Shown here one piece after another: positions 56,869 to 64,000 of a stretch of DNA of 64,000 nt. The stretch comes from Myxococcota bacterium (GTDB lineage Bacteria > Myxococcota_A > UBA9160 > UBA4427). The stretch spans positions 595,825 through 659,824 of the forward strand of contig OZ252299.1 in the NCBI GenBank assembly GCA_965250285.1, written 5' to 3'. A program made the translations under genes and the position numbers. Below the pieces are notes generated by a model that searched no databases, was not told the origin of the DNA, and saw only the letters and a program-made list of their open reading frames with translations. How positions within the stretch are numbered: the stretch's first letter is position 1; each line of letters opens with the position of its first letter.

Positions 56869-57549
56869 TCAGCCGATTGCGGCCTCGGCCTCGGCGCGCA
56901 GAGCGTCGATCGCCTGCTTGAAGTCGGGCTGCCCGAAGATGGCCGTGCCCGCGACGAAGTTGCGTGCGCCGGCCCGCGCGGCCGGTGCGATCGTGCCCGG
57001 CTTGATGCCCCCGTCGACCTGCAGGCTCACCTCGCGGCCGCTCTCGTCGATCCAACGGCGCACGACCTCGATCTTGCGCTCGACGGCGGTGATGTACGAC
57101 TGCCCGCCGAACCCCGGGTTCACGGTCATCAACAGCACCTGATCGACGTCGCCCAGGACGTCGCGAATCCCCTCCTCGGGGGACGCCGGGTTCAGCACGA
57201 CGCACGCTTTCGCGCCGAGCTCCTTGATCTGCGCGACGTTGCGGTGCAGGTGCGGGCAGGCCTCGACGTGCACACCGACGATGTCGGCACCCGCCGATAC
57301 GAAGTCGGGCACGTACTTCTCAGGCTCGACGATCATCAGGTGCACGTCGAGGGGCAGGTGCGTCGCTGGCTTGATCGCCTCGACGACGAAGGGCCCGATC
57401 GTCAGGTTGGGGACGAAGCGCCCGTCCATCACATCGACGTGAATCAGGTCGGCGCCGGCGTCGGTCACGCGACGCACCTGGTCGCCGAGCTCGGCGATCT
57501 TCGAAGCGAGGATCGAGGGCGCGATCTCGACGGTCGTGTGTGCGCTCAT
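56869..57549 (-). CDS. rpe: Ribulose-phosphate 3-epimerase
   Basis: IAPSIL, HVDVMDGRFVPNLTIG, DVHLMI, MTVNPGFGGQ and QVDGGI. Confidence 0.97.
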   Translation of the reverse strand: MSAHTTVEIAPSILASKIAELGDQVRRVTDAGADLIHVDVMDGRFVPNLTIGPFVVEAIKPATHLPLDVHLMIVEPEKYVPDFVSAGADIVGVHVEACPHLHRNVAQIKELGAKACVVLNPASPEEGIRDVLGDVDQVLLMTVNPGFGGQSYITAVERKIEVVRRWIDESGREVSLQVDGGIKPGTIAPAARAGARNFVAGTAIFGQPDFKQAIDALRAEAEAAIG

Positions 57550-57588
57550 GGGTTCGTTCCCCCGGCCTTCGATTCTAGGGTGCCTGGT

Positions 57589-59043
57589 CTAGGGCGCCTG
57601 CTTGACGATGCGCGCCGCGAAGAACCCGTCGGCGTCGTGCCGATGCGGCAGGGTGTGCAGCTGGCCGCGTTCGTCGACCCAGGGCCGCACGGTGTCGGGC
57701 AGCTCACTGGGCACTGCGAGCCGGCAGTCGGGGTGTCGCTCGAGGAACGCCTCGACCACCGCCTCGTTCTCCTCTTCGAGCACGGTGCACGTACTGTAGA
57801 CGAGCGCGCCGCCGGGCCTCAATACGCCGATGGCCTGATCGAGGATGCGCCCTTGGATCGTCGCGAGCCGGCCGGGGTCGTCGGGCTCGATGCGCCAGCG
57901 CGCGTCGGGGTTGCGACGCAGGCTTCCGATGCCCGAACACGGCGCGTCGACGAGCACGCGGTCGAAGGGTTGCTCGCTGGCGTCGCGCTCCGTATCCCGG
58001 GTCGAGGGCAGATCGCCGAGCGGCCGCGTCGCGTCGCGCGCGATCGTGTGCAGGCTCGAGAGACCGAGTCGCCGGCAGTCGCGCCCGACGAGCTTGAGGC
58101 GCTCGGGATGGCGATCGAGCGCGAGCACGCGGCCTGCCGGCCCGAGTCGCTCGGCGATGCCCGTCGCCTTCGTGCCGGGCGCGGCGCAGACGTCGAGCAC
58201 GTGATCGTCGGGCTCGGCGCCCACCATCTCGATCACGAGCTGCGAGGCCTCGTCCTGCACGGTGAAGTCCCCTGCGACGAAGGCGGGGTCGCGCCGTGGG
58301 TCGCCCTTGCGCGCGAGCACGACGCCGAAGGGCGCGCGCACGCAGGGCGCTGCGTCGGGATGGCGCTCGACGAGCCGTGGCAGCATGGCGTCGCGTGTCG
58401 TGCGCGCGGCATTCACGCGCACCGTGAGGGGCGGCGGGTGATTGCACGCCTCGGCGAAGGCGGCGGCTTCGTCGGCGCCCCAGTCGCTCACGAGTCGCTC
58501 TGCGAGCCACTGCGGCAGCGAGAGCGCATCGCGCAGATGCGCGATGGGGTCGTCTTCGAGGGACGGCGGCTTCCACTTCTCGTGGTCGCGCGCGATGCGG
58601 CGGAGCACGGCGTTCACGAGACCCGTGGCGCGCTCGGCGTGCAGCGCGCGCACGCAGCGCACCGCCTCGTCGACGGCGGCGTTGACGGGCACACGATCCA
58701 TGAACAGGAGCTGATAGGCGCCAGCGCGCAGCGCGGTCACGACGAGCGGTTCGAGATCGGCCAGGGGGCGGTCGACGGCCTGCTGCAACACCCAGTCGAT
58801 GCGCGCGCGCCAGCGCAGCGTGCCGTACACGATCTCGGTCGCCATCGCGCGGTCGGCCGCCGGCAGGTTGCTCTGCGCGAGCGCCTGGTTGAGCGCGAGG
58901 TCGGCGAACGCGCGCAGGCGCTCGACGCGTTCGAGGACGCGGACGGCCAATAGCCGCGACTGCGTGGGCGAACCGGCCTTGCGGCCCGCGCCCGGGGCCG
59001 GGCCGGTGCGCTGGTGTCGACCGCCGGGCTTGCGGCCGCTCAT
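57589..59043 (-). CDS. rsmB: 16S rRNA m5C967 methyltransferase (Sun), NusB-like N-terminus
   Basis: YGTLRWR, VQDEASQL, LDVCAAPGTKAT, LVDAPCSGIG and YSTCT. Confidence 0.93.
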   Translation of the reverse strand: MSGRKPGGRHQRTGPAPGAGRKAGSPTQSRLLAVRVLERVERLRAFADLALNQALAQSNLPAADRAMATEIVYGTLRWRARIDWVLQQAVDRPLADLEPLVVTALRAGAYQLLFMDRVPVNAAVDEAVRCVRALHAERATGLVNAVLRRIARDHEKWKPPSLEDDPIAHLRDALSLPQWLAERLVSDWGADEAAAFAEACNHPPPLTVRVNAARTTRDAMLPRLVERHPDAAPCVRAPFGVVLARKGDPRRDPAFVAGDFTVQDEASQLVIEMVGAEPDDHVLDVCAAPGTKATGIAERLGPAGRVLALDRHPERLKLVGRDCRRLGLSSLHTIARDATRPLGDLPSTRDTERDASEQPFDRVLVDAPCSGIGSLRRNPDARWRIEPDDPGRLATIQGRILDQAIGVLRPGGALVYSTCTVLEEENEAVVEAFLERHPDCRLAVPSELPDTVRPWVDERGQLHTLPHRHDADGFFAARIVKQAP

Positions 59044-59080
59044 CGCGCGTCTCCGCGCAGCGGGTTCATCGACGGCGTAT

Positions 59081-60133
59081 TCACGTGGAGGCTCCCCGAT
59101 CGGGCGGGGTCGGGTCGAAGCGCGCCGGGCCCGACAGCGCATGGCCGCGCAGGAAGGCGTCGGTGGGCATGGCCTTCTTGCCTTCGCGCTGCACCTCGAG
59201 CGGGACGAGCCATCCATCGCCCGTACCGACGAGCAGCGCCGGCGCCCCGCCGCCCGCGCCGAGCACCACGCTGCCGGGCTTCGCGGTGAGCGGGGGCGTT
59301 TCGTCTTCGGTGGCGACGCGGGCACGCAGCACGCGCAGCGCGATGCGCTGTTCGCCGTCTTCGAGCGTGGCGAACGCACCCGGTCGCGGGGCCATGCCGT
59401 GCACGTGACGCACCAGCGTGTGCGCCGGTCGCCGCCAGTCGATCCAGCCGTCCGCCTTCTCGAGCTTGGGTGCGAGCGTCATCTGTTTTGCATCCTGTGC
59501 CTGCCAGCGCACCGTGCCGTCGGCGATTTGATCCAGCGCCTCGACCAGCGCCGGCCCCGCCATGTCGCCGAGGCGCGCGGTCAGCTCGGCGGTGTTCTCC
59601 ATCGGGTCGATGGGCGTCGCGGCCACGAGCGCGACCGGGCCGGCGTCCATCTTGCGATCGACTCGCATGACCGAGATGCCGGTCTCGGCGTCGCCGTCGA
59701 GGATCGACTGCGCGATGGGCGATGCGCCGCGGTGGCGGGGCAGCAGGCTGGCGTGGGCGTTGATCATGAACCCCTTCGAAGGCAGCTCGCGCACCGACTT
59801 CGGAATGAACTGTCCGAACGCGACGACGACGCCGACGTCGGGCGTGGTCGCGCGCAGCGCCTCGACGCAGTCGGGCGCACCGACCTTCTCGGGTCTCAGG
59901 AGCGGCACGCCGAGCTCGAGCGATCGCGCCGAGACAGGCGAGGGCGACGTCTTGCGGCCGCGGCCGCGCGGACGGTCGGGCTGGCTCACGACGCAAACCA
60001 CCTCGTGTCGACTCGCGACGATCGTGTCGAGGCTGTTCAGGGCGATGTCGGGCGTGCCGAGAAAGACGACGCGAAGGCCGGGGGCGCGCGCCGCCCCTCG
60101 CGCTTGGGGGGCCTGAGAGGAGGAAGGGCTCAG
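59081..60133 (-). CDS. fmt: Methionyl-tRNA formyltransferase (probable CTG start)
   Basis: RVVFLGTP, SQPDRPRGRG, INAHASLLPRHRGASPI and MDAGP. No ATG/GTG/TTG between the def stop and the conserved N-terminus. Confidence 0.93.
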   Translation of the reverse strand: MSPSSSQAPQARGAARAPGLRVVFLGTPDIALNSLDTIVASRHEVVCVVSQPDRPRGRGRKTSPSPVSARSLELGVPLLRPEKVGAPDCVEALRATTPDVGVVVAFGQFIPKSVRELPSKGFMINAHASLLPRHRGASPIAQSILDGDAETGISVMRVDRKMDAGPVALVAATPIDPMENTAELTARLGDMAGPALVEALDQIADGTVRWQAQDAKQMTLAPKLEKADGWIDWRRPAHTLVRHVHGMAPRPGAFATLEDGEQRIALRVLRARVATEDETPPLTAKPGSVVLGAGGGAPALLVGTGDGWLVPLEVQREGKKAMPTDAFLRGHALSGPARFDPTPPDRGAST

Positions 60134-60651
60134 GACTCTTCCTCTTCGCGCAGCTGCTTCTTGCGCTTCTTGACGTAGCGGCTGCGCTTCAGAAAGCTGA
60201 TGCGGTCGATGAACAGCTTGCCGTCGAGGTGGTCGTACTCGTGCTGCATGCACACCGCCCGCAGGCCGGTGCACTCCTCGGTGAATTCCTTGCCATCCAG
60301 GTCGAGAGCCTTGATCGTCACCTCGGCGGCGCGCTCGACGTCGGCGGTGAGGTCGGGCACCGAGAGGCATCCCTCCTCCCAGGTGATCTTGCCCTCGGTG
60401 CGCACGAACTCGGGGTTGATCAGCACCGTGGGGTTCTTCGAGCCGTCTTCTTCGGTCCAGTCGGTGTCGATCACGAACATGCGGATCGCCTCGCCCACCT
60501 GGGGCGCAGCCAGCCCGATGCCCGGCTCGTCGTACATCACTTCGCACATGTCGCGCGCGAGCTCGCGAATCTCGTCGGTGATCTCTTCGATCGGCTTCGA
60601 CACGCGCTTCAGACGCGGATCGGGGAACTGCAGAACTTCGAGAAGGGCCAT
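60130..60651 (-). CDS. def: Peptide deformylase
   Basis: GIGLAAPQVG, EGCLSVP and QHEYDHLDG. Confidence 0.97.
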   Translation of the reverse strand: MALLEVLQFPDPRLKRVSKPIEEITDEIRELARDMCEVMYDEPGIGLAAPQVGEAIRMFVIDTDWTEEDGSKNPTVLINPEFVRTEGKITWEEGCLSVPDLTADVERAAEVTIKALDLDGKEFTEECTGLRAVCMQHEYDHLDGKLFIDRISFLKRSRYVKKRKKQLREEEES

Positions 60652-60835
60652 CGATCGCCTCGTGCCAGCGACCCGCACCGCGAAGCGCGCCGCCCGCGCG
60701 GCTCGTTCGGTGCGGATCCGATTGGTGCGGGGGTGGTTCGATGCGCGCGGAGCCGGGGCATGAACACCCCCGCGCCCGCCCGCTCGAGGCGCTCGGGAGA
60801 AGCGCTAACCCCCCGAATCACCGCCGGTTTCGGCG

Positions 60836-63322
<2,487 letters not shown>

Positions 63323-63512
63323 CGGCGGGGGGTCCGCGCTGCGCGAAGCGGCGTGCTCATGTCGGCAGTCTAGCGGCGCGGGCTCGCGCCGGATGCAGGA
63401 GAGTCGAAGCTTGGCCAAGGCGCCGCGCTCGAAAGAGAAGAACGAGGGGCGCCGGGTCGACACGCCCCGCCAGCGCCGAAAGCGAGCTGGGCGCTCGGAA
63501 CGGGCGTCGCGC

Positions 63513-64000
63513 GTGCGTGTTCAGGAGAGTCGCTACGGCCGCGAGCTGATCGTCGACGAAACCTTCGCGAGCCTCTACCGCCCGGGCGACGCATCGACGG
63601 GCTCGGTGTGGGATGCGATCGGCGCGCCGCTGTTGCTGCGGCCGCCGACGGCGCGGCATCGCCTGCTCGTGCTCGGGCTCGGTGGCGGCAGCGTCGCGAG
63701 GCAGCTGCGCCGGCTCGCGCCCGCGGCGCAGATCGTCGCGGTGGAGCTCGACCGCGAGGTCGTCGACGTGGCCCGGGCCGAGTTCGATCTCGACGAGCTC
63801 GGCCTCGAGGTGATCATCGACGACGCGCTGGCGGTGCTCGAGCGCGAGCGCAGACGTTTCGACGCGATCTTCGAAGACGTCTTCATCGGGCGGGGGGACG
63901 GCGTGCACAAGCCCGATTGGATCCCGTCGCCCGGCCACGACCTCGCGGCCAGGAGACTCAAGCCCGGGGGCGTCCTCGTGACGAACACGCTCGACGAGGC
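63513..64000 (+). CDS. Spermidine synthase-like class I SAM-dependent methyltransferase (3'-truncated by window)
   Basis: GTG-RVQESRYGRELIVDE...LLVLGLGGGS...VAVELD...DDAL...FDAIFEDVF...LKPGGVLVTN; open to the window end. Confidence 0.8.
   Translation, partial: MRVQESRYGRELIVDETFASLYRPGDASTGSVWDAIGAPLLLRPPTARHRLLVLGLGGGSVARQLRRLAPAAQIVAVELDREVVDVARAEFDLDELGLEVIIDDALAVLERERRRFDAIFEDVFIGRGDGVHKPDWIPSPGHDLAARRLKPGGVLVTNTLDE

Overview
High-GC (roughly 70% by eye) bacterial chromosomal window. Gene content and protein style suggest a Myxococcota/deltaproteobacteria-like organism (inference). It is mostly core or metabolic DNA: hisS-speA-xth, udp-like phosphorylase, a two-component pair, two acyl-CoA dehydrogenases, a six-gene alternative complex III operon (actABCDEF), purU, kdsB, a paired ABC exporter, a YncD/PqqU-like TonB receptor, a Mo-oxidoreductase, greA, ridA, an MMPL transporter with a 1-bp frameshift, a P450, priA-def-fmt-rsmB-rpe, tRNA-Asn(GTT) and tRNA-Pro(CGG). 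I found no integrase, transposase, phage module, CRISPR array or rRNA. The most unusual signals are: (1) two inverted ~130-bp hairpin elements at 20551-21051 with identical or near-identical internal cores, compensatorily changed outer stems and unrelated 55-57-nt centres; (2) a 1907-aa DUF1302-like outer-membrane protein with a ~1100-aa Cys-paired insertion and a long structured leader; (3) an RHS protein whose C-terminus ends in a Cys-linker-TM-RR sorting-signal-like tail, next to a CPBP intramembrane protease, a His-motif membrane protein and four 22-bp tandem repeats; (4) fmt apparently lacking ATG/GTG/TTG and probably starting at a CTG that overlaps the def stop; (5) a membrane-anchored metallo-beta-lactamase-fold protein that has lost its metal ligands. 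All family assignments come from motifs recognised by eye; no database search was run.
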